A DNA stretch of 32,000 nt from Rivularia sp. (in: cyanobacteria) (lineage in GTDB: Bacteria; Cyanobacteriota; Cyanobacteriia; Cyanobacteriales; Nostocaceae). The position numbers were made by a program, and so were the translations under genes. The DNA lies in the NCBI GenBank assembly GCA_965226665.1, contig OZ245371.1, forward strand, positions 1,694,991-1,726,990. Direction: 5' to 3'. A model generated the notes under the pieces. The model worked only from the letters and a program-made list of their open reading frames with translations. It was not told the DNA's origin and did no database searches. Shown here one piece after another: positions 19,524 through 28,452 of the stretch (position 1 is the stretch's first letter; every line of letters begins with the position of its first letter).

Positions 19524-19640
19524 GAGTTAGGAGTTATGAGTTATGAGTTATGAGTTGTGAGTTATCAATGACCAATTAAAATTCTACCCCCTCTACCCTC
19601 TCTACCCCCTCTACCCCATCCCCCCCTCTCCCCATCTCCT
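19524..19640. repeat. STRR array: (GAGTTAT/GAGTTAG)n then (CCCTCTAC/CCCCATCT)n
   Basis: Direct reading. The array runs up to and into the stop codon of the HtrA gene (19639-19641). Confidence 0.85.
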
Positions 19641-20901
19641 AATTCCCCTTAGCTGCTGGTAAAGGTGCAGGTCTAACTGTTAAATTTAGGGTTTTTCCGT
19701 TACGTTTGACTTCTACATTTAATGGCTGAGCAATTTGACTTTCTTCTACTAACTTTTGTACGTCTTCGTTACGTTTAACGGACTTCTTATTAATGCTAAC
19801 AATAACATCTCCTGCTTTTAATCCACCTTGAGATGCTGGTGAACCGCTCATAATACGTATTAATAAAACGCCTTTATCTGCTGAAATGCTAGGAGTTCCG
19901 ATTTCGCTGTTCAGTTTTTCTTTAACTTCTGGTGTCAGCGTCACCATCTGAATTCCTAAATAGGGATGATCTACTCTACCTTTAGCTATTAGTTCTTGAG
20001 AAATTCTCTTAACTGTATTTACAGGAATGGCAAATCCTAAACCTTGAGCGCCTCGAATAATCGCGGTATTCATACCTATAACTCGTCCTCGGGCACTTAA
20101 TAAAGGGCCGCCAGAATTTCCGGGGTTGATTGCTGCATCAGTTTGAATATAATCAACTCGCTTATCAGAAGCTCCAATATCGCTGCTAGAACGCCCTGTA
20201 GCGCTGATAATTCCGGAAGTTACCGTGTAGTTTAAACCTAAAGGATTACCAATGGCTATTACAGCTTCTCCCGGCTGTAGTGTTTCGGAGTCTCCTAATT
20301 CCACCACAGGTAGTTTATCTGCATCAATTTTAATTACGGCAACATCTGTTACCGGATCTTCACCTAATACTTGACCGTCAAATTTACGACCATCTTTCAA
20401 TTCAACAGTTACTCGATCGGCACCATCTACTACGTGAGCATTAGTTAATATCTCGCCATTGGAATTGATAATAAACCCAGAACCGTTTCCTCTTTGCTCT
20501 CTTTCTCTGCGTTGTGGCGGGACTCCGCTTCCAAAAAATCTCTCAATAAATGGGTCATTAAATCCATTTGGAACGCGAGAAGTTACTGTCCTAGAAGTAT
20601 CAATACGAACTACGGCAGGACCTACTTCTTGGACTACAGAAACCACAAAGTTAGGATCTCTTGACTCTCTAAAGATTGGCGGCGGAGCTATTTTAGCAAC
20701 ATCATCATTTTTACCCTGAGCTTGAGCCGTCCGCTCTGGTGTTCTGTTACCCATAACATTACTGGGCAAAGAACAACCGCCAATTAAAGCTGTGCTTAAA
20801 GTAATAATAAAAGTTAAAATAAAGTTTTTTGTCCAAAACTGTTGAATCTGCTTTTTGATATAAATATTACTCGATCGCGGTTGATGCTCTTTTCTATTCA
20901 T
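19639..20901 (-). CDS. HtrA/DegP-family serine protease with a C-terminal PDZ domain
   Basis: Trypsin-like catalytic motifs ([14 protein letters not shown]), a PDZ-like C-terminus and an N-terminal hydrophobic anchor; ATG at 20899-20901. Confidence 0.9.
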   Translation of the reverse strand: MNRKEHQPRSSNIYIKKQIQQFWTKNFILTFIITLSTALIGGCSLPSNVMGNRTPERTAQAQGKNDDVAKIAPPPIFRESRDPNFVVSVVQEVGPAVVRIDTSRTVTSRVPNGFNDPFIERFFGSGVPPQRREREQRGNGSGFIINSNGEILTNAHVVDGADRVTVELKDGRKFDGQVLGEDPVTDVAVIKIDADKLPVVELGDSETLQPGEAVIAIGNPLGLNYTVTSGIISATGRSSSDIGASDKRVDYIQTDAAINPGNSGGPLLSARGRVIGMNTAIIRGAQGLGFAIPVNTVKRISQELIAKGRVDHPYLGIQMVTLTPEVKEKLNSEIGTPSISADKGVLLIRIMSGSPASQGGLKAGDVIVSINKKSVKRNEDVQKLVEESQIAQPLNVEVKRNGKTLNLTVRPAPLPAAKGN

Positions 20902-21082
20902 GTGATTTTGTTTCTCCGTGTGGTTGCGTGAATGGTAGGATATTGCCTACCAGATGAATCTAAAAATAATTACAGTGTAGAACTTAGTTTCCGGTATAAA
21001 TTGCCGGAGTTGCCATTTCGGCAAGGCTAATTTTACAAATATCTTCTCCAAACGACGATTACCTCACAATCGGTGGTTGATA

Positions 21083-22451
21083 ATGTCTGACAAGATAGAA
21101 AATTTATGGTGTCAAGTGTTGGAACGCTTACAGTTAGAACTTTCGCGTCCCCACTTTTGAGACTTGGATTAAAACAGCGATCGCCGAAAAACTGGAAAAT
21201 AATTGTTTGGTAATTCGTACTCCCAATCCCTTCGCTCGTAATTGGTTACAAAAGTATTACATAAAAACAATAGCGTCGGTAGTCCAAGATATTCTTGGTC
21301 ATCCGGTAGGTATTTATTTTACGGTTAAGAACGGCGATAGTGTTGTTAACATCAACGACAATGAAGCAGGGATTCAAACTCCCCAGACGGATATTCCGAA
21401 AAATATCGACATAAACCCACAGAAAAAATCAATTTTAAATTTAAAATATGTATTTTCCCGTTTTGTAGTTGGTGCAAACACTCGCTTGGCTCATGCTGCG
21501 TCTTTAGCAGTAGCGGAATCTCCCGGCAAGGAATTTAACCCTTTATTTTTATATGGCGGTGTGGGATTGGGGAAAACCCATCTAATGCAGGCTATAGGTA
21601 ATTATCGCTTAGAAATTTTCCCTTCGGCAAAAATATTTTACGTTTCTACCGAACAGTTCACGAATGATGTAATTAGCGCTATTCGTAATGACAGCAGACA
21701 AAGCCTTCGAGAACATTACAGGGCTGCTGATGTACTTTTAGTAGATGACATACAGTTTATTGAAGGCAAAGAATCTACTCAAGAAGAGTTTTTCCACACC
21801 TTCAACACTTTATACCAAGCAGGTAAACAAGTAGTTATCGCATCAGATCGCCCTCCGAATCAAATACCTCGCTTGCAAGAGAGGTTGTCTTCGCGTTTCT
21901 CAATGGGATTAATTGCCGATATCCAAGCACCAGATTTAGAAACCAGAATGGCTATTTTACAAAAAAAAGCCGAATATGAAAATCTTAATTTGCCCAAGGA
22001 TGTCATAGAATACATTGCTTCTAACTACACTTCTAATATTCGAGAACTAGAAGGGGCATTGATTCGAGCGATGGCGTATATTTCCATCTGGGGCTTACCC
22101 ATGACTGTGGAAAATATCGCTTCGGTTTTAGAACCACAAGTTGAGAAGGTGGAAGCAACTCCAGTAGCGATTTTAAGCATAGTAGCCGATACATTCAACC
22201 TTTCGATTGAAGACTTAAAAAGCAATTCGCGACGGCGAGAAATTAGTTGGGCAAGACAAATTGGAATGTATTTGATGCGGCAATACACAGATCTAAGTTT
22301 GCCTAGAATCGGTGAAGAATTTGGTGGCAAAGATCACACTACGGTTATCTACAGTTGTGAAAAAATTACTCAACTCAAAGAAACCGATATTAACTTGGGA
22401 CAAACCCTGCGTCAACTTAGCGATCGCATCGGCATGAGTAACCCCAAATGA
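21083..22451 (+). pseudogene. dnaA: Chromosomal replication initiator DnaA, with the reading frame broken by a +1-nt insertion near codon 23 as sequenced
   Basis: The ATG at 21083 gives [25 protein letters not shown], with TGA at 21158-21160. The next frame reads [34 protein letters not shown]... and continues through ORF 21207-22451, which carries [10 protein letters not shown] (Walker A) and the DHTTV DnaA signature. Deleting one C of CCCC (21149-21152) restores [10 protein letters not shown]. Confidence 0.85.
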
Positions 22452-22595
22452 AACAACCAATAGACTCGATCAACTTATAAAAAGGCATTAAAAAACCATT
22501 TGCTCAAAAAACCAACTCTTTTGATTATGAAAAATTATCTAAGGGCAATATATAGGTTAAGTCTTGTATAAAAAGCAATTAACAACGAAGAATAT

Positions 22596-22768
22596 TGTGG
22601 AAAAAAGATAATTTATTGTGGAAAACTTTCAGCAAAACTGTGGAAAACCTCATTAAATGTAAACAACCTGTGGAAAAACTAGCTGTTTTTCCACAGGTTT
22701 TTCCACAATTAGCAGTTTATACAACCTTGTTTGAGAAAGGATGTGGTAAGTTTTCCACAACTTCCACA
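22596..22768. promoter_or_regulatory. oriC-like DnaA-box cluster
   Basis: Perfect TGTGGAAAA at 22596-22604, 22617-22625, 22639-22647 and 22669-22677. Perfect TTTTCCACA at 22687-22695, 22699-22707 and 22751-22759. Imperfect boxes at 22742-22750 (TGTGGTAAG) and 22760-22768 (ACTTCCACA). The cluster lies between dnaA and dnaN with AT-rich tracts on both sides. Confidence 0.8.
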
Positions 22769-22972
22769 AATATCACTATAAAAACAGCGATAATGTTTTT
22801 CTGGCTACAAATGTACGATTTCAGACTTAGCAGCAGCAGTTTTAATAAATAGTCCTTTTTTTTATCTTGGACGAGAAAAATACCGCAAAATTTAATTTAA
22901 AGCTTCTGATTATTTCTAAAAATAATTACATTTTTCTAAATTAAAAATGTTTTTACAAGAACAGGAATGGCC

Positions 22973-23219
22973 GCAATTGTGACAATACCGCGCTGGTGCG
23001 TGACACTAAAAACATTATTACTACGTTCAAAACTGGTCAAAGTGTTACAGCAACGGCAATATTGGGGGAAGATAATCTACACCCGGACACTTGCTACAAC
23101 GGGGGGAACCCCCCTCCGGGTTCGTTAGTTGCTCATGGGGGAAACCCCCAAGACCGCACTAACTCACCGCAACGCAGTGTCCTCCCAATTTGCCTCCCCT
23201 ACAAGAAAAATGTGCCAGT
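22973..23219. mobile_element. Second copy of the 13587-13710 MITE-like element, carrying a nested insertion
   Basis: gcaattgt...ggtgcgtgacactaaaaacattattactacgttcaaaactggtcaaagtgttacagca [insert] ccctacaagaaaaatgtgccagt matches copy 1 almost base for base on both sides of the insert. Confidence 0.7.
23053..23196. mobile_element. Nested ~144-nt GC-rich MITE-like insert
   Basis: Absent from copy 1 at the homologous point (cagca|ccctacaag). It has imperfect terminal inverted repeats, GGCAATATTGGGGG (23056-23069) and CCTCCCAATTTGCC (23181-23194). It also has internal G6-AA-C6 and G5-AAA-C5 hairpins. Confidence 0.6.
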
Positions 23220-23324
23220 AGCAACGATCGGCGCATCAAAAATATTCTGAGAAGGTGGGCATCTTTGTAGCCTGTGTTGTGTTTTATTATATTTATCGAC
23301 AAAAAAGCAGCATCGCCATAAATT

Positions 23325-24497
23325 ATGAAACTAGTTTGCAGCCAAAGCGATTTAAACACTCATCTTTCACTTACTTTCCGTGCTGTTCCTTCGCGCCCAA
23401 CTCATCCTATACTTGCCAATGTGCTTCTACAAGCAGATGCTGCAAATAGTAAAGTGAGTTTAACAGCTTTTGATTTAAGCTTGGGAATTCGTACCAGTTT
23501 CAATGCCGAAGTTTTAGAAGGAGGAACAATAACTCTTCCTGCGAAGCTACTTAATGATATAGTTTCTCGTTTACCGGAAGGAGACATTACCCTTGATGAC
23601 GAATCGGTAGAAAAAGAAAACCAACCATTAGGAGAAGGTTTAACCGTCACCCTTACCCCAAAAAGCGGACGCTACGAAGTACGGGCAATGGGTGCAGAAG
23701 AATTTCCCGAACTACCTGTAACAGAAAACGATAAAGCAATTCATCTTCCCGCAAGTGCATTAATTGAAGGCTTGGGTGGTTCTTTATTTGCCACCAGTGC
23801 AGATGAAAGCAAACAAGTGCTGACGGGAGTACATTTAACAGTTAAACAAGACAGTTTGGAATTTGCAGCCACTGACGGACATCGTTTAGCAGTAGTAGAA
23901 ACTATCAATGAAAATCTAAATGATGATGAGGAACAGCTTTCGGATGTAGAGGTAACGCTACCAAACAAAGCTTTGCGAGAATTAGAAAGGATGTTAGCTC
24001 ATAGTTCAAAAGACGATGAGCCTGTAGCAATGTATTTCGATAGTGGACAAGTCGTTTTTGAATGGCAAAATCAGCGCTTAACCAGCAGAACTTTGGAAGG
24101 GCAATATCCAGCTTACCACCAACTCATACCGTCGAGCTTTGAACGAGAACTAATCTTAGATAGAAAACAATTGATCGGCGCTTTAGAAAGAATTGCCGTA
24201 TTAGCCGATCAAAAAAACAATATAGCCAAAGTTAGCATCGATAGCGAATCTCAAGAAATCACCTTGTCAGTAGAAACCCAAGAAATCGGTAGTGGAAGGG
24301 AATCCATGCCAGCACAAATAAAAGGAGATGATATTGATATTGCTTTCAACATTAAATACTTAATGGAAGGTTTAAAAGCATTACCATCAGCAGAAATCCA
24401 AATGCAGTTAAACAACAACTTAGCCCCCGTTATCTTTTCCCCCGTTGGAGGAATTAAAATGACTTACTTAGCAATGCCAGTGCAGTTGAGAAGTTAG
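23325..24497 (+). CDS. dnaN: DNA polymerase III beta sliding clamp
   Basis: 390 aa starting MKLVCSQSDLNTHLSLTFRAVPSRPTHPILANVLL, with three-domain clamp length and motifs (GHRLA, QYPAY). It sits downstream of dnaA and oriC. Confidence 0.93.
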   Translation: MKLVCSQSDLNTHLSLTFRAVPSRPTHPILANVLLQADAANSKVSLTAFDLSLGIRTSFNAEVLEGGTITLPAKLLNDIVSRLPEGDITLDDESVEKENQPLGEGLTVTLTPKSGRYEVRAMGAEEFPELPVTENDKAIHLPASALIEGLGGSLFATSADESKQVLTGVHLTVKQDSLEFAATDGHRLAVVETINENLNDDEEQLSDVEVTLPNKALRELERMLAHSSKDDEPVAMYFDSGQVVFEWQNQRLTSRTLEGQYPAYHQLIPSSFERELILDRKQLIGALERIAVLADQKNNIAKVSIDSESQEITLSVETQEIGSGRESMPAQIKGDDIDIAFNIKYLMEGLKALPSAEIQMQLNNNLAPVIFSPVGGIKMTYLAMPVQLRS

Positions 24498-24699
24498 GGA
24501 TGGGGAGAGGGGGAGAGGGGGAGATGGGGAGAGGGGGAGATGGGGAGATGGGGAGATGGGGATGGGGAGATGGGGAGAGGGGGAGATGGGGAGAAGAATA
24601 ACTAACTCCTAACTCCTAACTCCTAACTCCTAACTCCTAACTCCTAACTCTAATTTTCTAATCCCTACCTTTAACCTTTAACCTTTGACCTTTAACCTG
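24498..24699. repeat. Composite STRR array: (GGGGAGAT/GGGGAGAG)n - (AACTCCT)n - (CCTTTAA)n
   Basis: Direct reading. It fills the whole spacer between the convergent dnaN (stop 24495-24497) and ArsA-like gene (stop 24703-24705). Confidence 0.9.
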
Positions 24700-24702
24700 T
24701 AA

Positions 24703-25890
24703 TTACGCTTTTACAGTTTCCGAAAAACGAATTTTCAAATAATCATCTTCCATTTTTGCTCCTGATGGTTGGAGTGCTGCTAAGGCTTGTGGTAAGACTA
24801 GATTGCGCCGATGGTTGCCGATGGTGATATTCAATTCGTCTCCACTTTTACTTAAATTTACCTGGTCTTTAGGAATACCGGGTAAATACAATTCCAAGCT
24901 GTATTGATTTTGGTCTTGAACAACTCTGATTGTATTTTCTTTGTAATAAACTTGAGTTGGATCTTCGTCTTTATAAAGGGTTTCTTTAAGTCTTTCTAAA
25001 GCTTCTAAACCGCACATCTCTTCTGAATAAAGCGGAACTTCTTTAACAGGTAAAGGATGAAAATTATCATGTAGTTGTTGACGATATTGCTCTTGATTAT
25101 CCTTCCATCTTTTGAAAAATGGGTCTTGTACTTCTTGAGGAATAATCCGATTTGCAATGACTAAATCAGTGGCTACATTGTACAAACTTAAATAAGCATG
25201 AGCGCGGAGAGATTCTTTAATCACCATCTTTTCGGGATTAGCAACCAGACGCACCGAAGTTTGAGTATTGTCAGTTAATACTTTTTCCAACGCTTCAATT
25301 TGCTGATAGAACTCATAAGGTGCATCCATCACCTCTCTATCCGGCAGCGAAAAACCAGCAATAGGTCTAAAAATCGGCTCTACCAAAGGACGCAAAGCTA
25401 CCGAAATATTTTGAAAAGGCTTATAAAAACGCCGCATATACCAACCACCAACTTCCGGTAAACTTAATAACCGTAAAGCCGTACCTGTTGGAGCAGAGTC
25501 AATAATTAAAACATCAAAATCGCCATCATCATAATGACGTTTCATTCTTACCAAACCGAAAATTTCATCCATCCCCGGTAAAATCGCCAATTCTTCAGCT
25601 TGGATTCCCTCCAATCCCCTAGCCTGTAAAACTTGAGTAATATAGCGCTTTACAGCACCCCAGTTTCCCTCAAGTTCCAACAGCGCATCCAATTCCGCGC
25701 CCCATAAATTTGGTCGGACTTGTTTCGCTTCGTGCCCAAGTTCCATATCAAAACTATCGGCTAGAGAATGGGCTGGATCTGTGCTTAAAACCAGCGTGCG
25801 ATAACCCAACTCAGCACAACGCAGTCCAGTAGCGGCAGCAACCGAAGTTTTACCCACACCGCCTTTACCCGTCATTAAAATTACGCGCAT
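24703..25890 (-). CDS. ArsA/Get3-family ATPase with a C-terminal HSP20/alpha-crystallin-like extension
   Basis: [20 protein letters not shown] is a deviant Walker A, and DSAPTG is present. The C-terminal ...[38 protein letters not shown] resembles an alpha-crystallin-domain strand pattern. Confidence 0.8.
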   Translation of the reverse strand: MRVILMTGKGGVGKTSVAAATGLRCAELGYRTLVLSTDPAHSLADSFDMELGHEAKQVRPNLWGAELDALLELEGNWGAVKRYITQVLQARGLEGIQAEELAILPGMDEIFGLVRMKRHYDDGDFDVLIIDSAPTGTALRLLSLPEVGGWYMRRFYKPFQNISVALRPLVEPIFRPIAGFSLPDREVMDAPYEFYQQIEALEKVLTDNTQTSVRLVANPEKMVIKESLRAHAYLSLYNVATDLVIANRIIPQEVQDPFFKRWKDNQEQYRQQLHDNFHPLPVKEVPLYSEEMCGLEALERLKETLYKDEDPTQVYYKENTIRVVQDQNQYSLELYLPGIPKDQVNLSKSGDELNITIGNHRRNLVLPQALAALQPSGAKMEDDYLKIRFSETVKA

Positions 25891-25941
25891 GAATAATCTT
25901 TACCTGAGAAGCTTTTACATTTATTTACATACATAAATACA

Positions 25942-26331
25942 TTATGTACTTTTTGAGAAGGAGAAATGCTGTTTAAGTACATCCAATCGGGAACATTTCC
26001 AATAATCGATGTGAGAAATTATCAACCCATCAGAATTAACTCCTAATTCGCTCCATCCAGGGATAGAAATTCGCGGTTTCCAGGGTAGAGGTGTATTCCA
26101 ATTAAGCGTCCATTCAAGTTTAATTGTGTCCCCTTCGCTATGAATATCATGCAAATCCATCTTCGGTTTGAGAAAGAAAGTTTCAATAAACTTAATCATC
26201 AACTTAAAGCGTCTAACTCCATTAAACTCATTCATCGGATCTTTAAAATAAACATCTTCCGCGTAAAGACTATAAGTTTGATTTTTAGGAAAACGATGAT
26301 AATCTTCTTTTAAAATTTCTACAATATCCAT
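25942..26331 (-). CDS. Small conserved protein, DUF2358-like (NTF2-like fold)
   Basis: 129 aa with ATG at 26329-26331. The family call rests on remembered similarity of YHRFPKNQTYSLYAEDVYFKDPMNEF... to DUF2358 proteins of cyanobacteria and plastid-bearing organisms. It is not verified. Confidence 0.5.
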   Translation of the reverse strand: MDIVEILKEDYHRFPKNQTYSLYAEDVYFKDPMNEFNGVRRFKLMIKFIETFFLKPKMDLHDIHSEGDTIKLEWTLNWNTPLPWKPRISIPGWSELGVNSDGLIISHIDYWKCSRLDVLKQHFSFSKST

Positions 26332-26333
26332 AA

Positions 26334-26437
26334 TCAGTTATCAATTATCAATTATCAGTTATCAATTACCAATTACCAATTACCAATCTTCCATTGCTCA
26401 TTGATAATTGATAATTGTTCATTGTTCATTGTTCATT
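26334..26437. repeat. STRR arrays (CAATTAT/CAATTAC)n and the inverted (TGATAAT)n, then (TTGTTCA)n
   Basis: caattatcaattatcag (about 26342-26358) is the reverse complement of ctgataattgataattg-like sequence at about 26400-26416, so a hairpin can form. The TTGTTCA x3 units overlap the last codons and the stop (26426-26428) of the upstream gene. Confidence 0.85.
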
Positions 26438-26989
26438 CCACAATCTTTCTAATTGCCCTCTCCAAGCTGTTAAAACTCGTTCCCGCGATTCAGGGCTTTG
26501 ATCCATTTCACCCATCAAACCTTCAGCATAAAAACGCTCAAGATTTTGCATTGTCGCTTCTAAAGATTTCCCTTGCTGCTTAGAAGCTTGAACAATTTCT
26601 TTAATTTTGGTTTCAGTTAAGCGACTAAAAGCGTCATTCACGCCCACTTCGTAGAGAGAAATCAATCTGGCGATCGCATCGCGTAAATCTTCCACAACCA
26701 AGCTGCCGCAACTATGTTGAAATACTCCCCACAACACATCTTGATGCAATGCGTAGCGTACTTGCTGAGTATCATCAAAGTTGGCTTCAAAAAACTGTTG
26801 TAAAAACGGTTGTGCTTGCTGGGCTGGCATAATTGGTAACAAAACGCGCAGCCAATTTTGGTCTTCGCTAAGTAGTGTTAGTAATCGAAAAGTAGGACTT
26901 TCAACTTGCCAAGAACCAGGTGCAAGGACTTTTACCGCAGATGTACCAAATAATTCCGCGAGCGTATCGGCAATTTCGTTAGGTGTCAT
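26426..26989 (-). CDS. Conserved hypothetical protein (function unknown)
   Basis: 187 aa with ATG at 26987-26989. It is soluble, shows no motif I can assign confidently, and is co-directional with the two genes downstream. Confidence 0.6.
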   Translation of the reverse strand: MTPNEIADTLAELFGTSAVKVLAPGSWQVESPTFRLLTLLSEDQNWLRVLLPIMPAQQAQPFLQQFFEANFDDTQQVRYALHQDVLWGVFQHSCGSLVVEDLRDAIARLISLYEVGVNDAFSRLTETKIKEIVQASKQQGKSLEATMQNLERFYAEGLMGEMDQSPESRERVLTAWRGQLERLWNEQ

Positions 26990-27074
26990 ATTAAATCTTT
27001 GAGCTATTACTTTAGCCTAACGCTTGGGGGTATCATGCTTTATCTTCCCAAAGACTTATGCCGTATTTTGAAAA

Positions 27075-27266
27075 TAGGGAATGGGGAATAGGGAATAGGG
27101 AATAGTTAAGAGTTAATAGTTAGGAATTTTGGATTTTGGATTTTGGATTTTGGATTAAAAGAGTGAGGAGTTTTAAATTTTAGATTATTTTTGATCCCCT
27201 TGTCCCCTTGTCCCCTTGTCCCCTTGTCTCCCCATCTCCTTATACCCCCATCTCCCAATCCCCTAT
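27075..27266. repeat. Composite STRR array: (GGGAATA)n, AGTTAAG-type units, (GGATTTT)n, (CCCCTTGT)n, CCCCATCT-type units
   Basis: Direct reading. The array ends at the stop codon (27263-27265) of the 27263-28276 gene. Confidence 0.85.
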
Positions 27267-28276
27267 TTTTTATAAATTAAAAATACCGAACCAATCGCTC
27301 CGAAATTTTCAACATAGGTTTTACCATCGTAAAATAATCCAGGAGACTCGCCTCCATCAAATAATATTCCTTCTTGAACCTTACCCAAACAGTTGTTCCG
27401 AGCAATACCTTCTAAAACATCATCAAACATATCTGGTAAAAGTTCTCGGTTAACTTCAGTTGTTTGAATATTGGAATTAGCTCTATTATCATTTACTAAT
27501 AAAATTACATAACCTTTATCGGTAACAGCAGCCATCGAACGATTTATGGCTCTTTTACAAGCAAATTCTCCTAAAGCTTCACAAATATCTTTGAATTCGC
27601 CGTTACGATAAAATCTACCGTTACCTCCGACTATGTTGTAATTCAGAATATCGCGCTTTCTTCTACCTTTACGAATAGTGGCTTGACGTGATAACGGTTT
27701 TCCTCCAGATACACCGAAAGAAGAACGTGTATTTCTAAAGTCTCCTGAATAGCTAATTCCTCGTGAAATATTTAAACCTTGGGGTTTGTCATCTACATCA
27801 ATATAATCTGCATTAATTGCGGCTATCGGTTTTTTGCCGTTTAATAAAGCATTGTCATCGCTGATTATCTCGCGAAATATTTTGGGAACGTATTCTTTAC
27901 GCAATTTTCCGCTCTCGTTTTTAGCGTAAATTTTATGGTCTAAACCTACATTTACCTTAAAATCTAATTGAGGAGATTTCGGATTAAAAATAATTACATG
28001 ATTAATCCCTGTATCTAATTTCTCACCCAAATTATTGGTTTTGAAAAATTCAATACTAAAACTTCTATCTTTTCCCGGACAATTAATTGAAGATTCTTTG
28101 ACTACTTTATCTGATATATTCTTTTTTAAGATATTTTCTTCTGAGATATCTTCTTGTGTGACTATTGATGGTTTTTGGGTTATTTTTAGCGAATTATCGC
28201 TACCTTGCTTATAAGAACGGAAAAAGAATACACCTGCAATTATTAATAACAATCCAATGAAATTCTTGTTAAACAT
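27263..28276 (-). CDS. Secreted or membrane-anchored protein, possibly in the phosphodiester glycosidase (DUF2233) family
   Basis: N-terminal hydrophobic anchor FIGLLLIIAGVFFF. NADYID..., AAVTDKGYVILLVND and LFDGGESPGL resemble DUF2233/NAGPA-type motifs. The family call is tentative. Confidence 0.5.
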   Translation of the reverse strand: MFNKNFIGLLLIIAGVFFFRSYKQGSDNSLKITQKPSIVTQEDISEENILKKNISDKVVKESSINCPGKDRSFSIEFFKTNNLGEKLDTGINHVIIFNPKSPQLDFKVNVGLDHKIYAKNESGKLRKEYVPKIFREIISDDNALLNGKKPIAAINADYIDVDDKPQGLNISRGISYSGDFRNTRSSFGVSGGKPLSRQATIRKGRRKRDILNYNIVGGNGRFYRNGEFKDICEALGEFACKRAINRSMAAVTDKGYVILLVNDNRANSNIQTTEVNRELLPDMFDDVLEGIARNNCLGKVQEGILFDGGESPGLFYDGKTYVENFGAIGSVFLIYKK

Positions 28277-28452
28277 ATCTATATAATTAACTGATAACGT
28301 TTTACCTCATTCCTTTCTTTTTCCTAAGCAACCAGAGGAATGTCCGGAGCAGATGGGTAGCTTTCGGTATACCGCACGCATGGACAAGAAGAAGTTAAAC
28401 TCTATCTAGGATAACTATGTATTGTTCTTAGTTGCTGCATTTTATCTGACAT

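Noticed and set aside
21155-21160. Programmed +1 ribosomal frameshift (prfB-like, UUU-UGA) as the normal way of expressing dnaA
   Set aside because: There is no upstream Shine-Dalgarno-like stimulator. Deleting one C restores the canonical conserved residue (Thr) exactly. Three other genes show the same kind of +1 lesion without slippery sites.
22595-22852. 85-aa ORF between dnaA and dnaN
   Set aside because: It starts at TTG and reads straight through the DnaA boxes, so the repeated LWK/VFPQ come from TGTGGAAAA/TTTTCCACA. It is better explained as oriC.
22996-23250. 84-aa ORF (…GGNPPPGSLVAHGGNPQDRTNSPQRS…)
   Set aside because: It lies entirely within the MITE-like element and its nested insert. 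Copy 1 of the element (13587-13710) has no equivalent ORF.
15916-27266. The short tandem arrays as possible CRISPR arrays
   Set aside because: The repeat units are 7-8 nt and directly abut one another with no unique spacers. No cas genes are present. They match the STRR type known from heterocystous cyanobacteria.
28334-28350. AGAGGAATGTCCGGAGC resembles the universally conserved RNase P RNA segment GAGGAAAGUCCGG, and loosely resembles the SRP RNA GUCCGGA...GCAGAUG
   Set aside because: Only about 15 nt match. The flanks are AT-rich and lack the rest of either RNA (about 400 nt for rnpB, or the GGAA-tetraloop hairpin for ffs). I treat it as coincidence unless an Infernal scan says otherwise.
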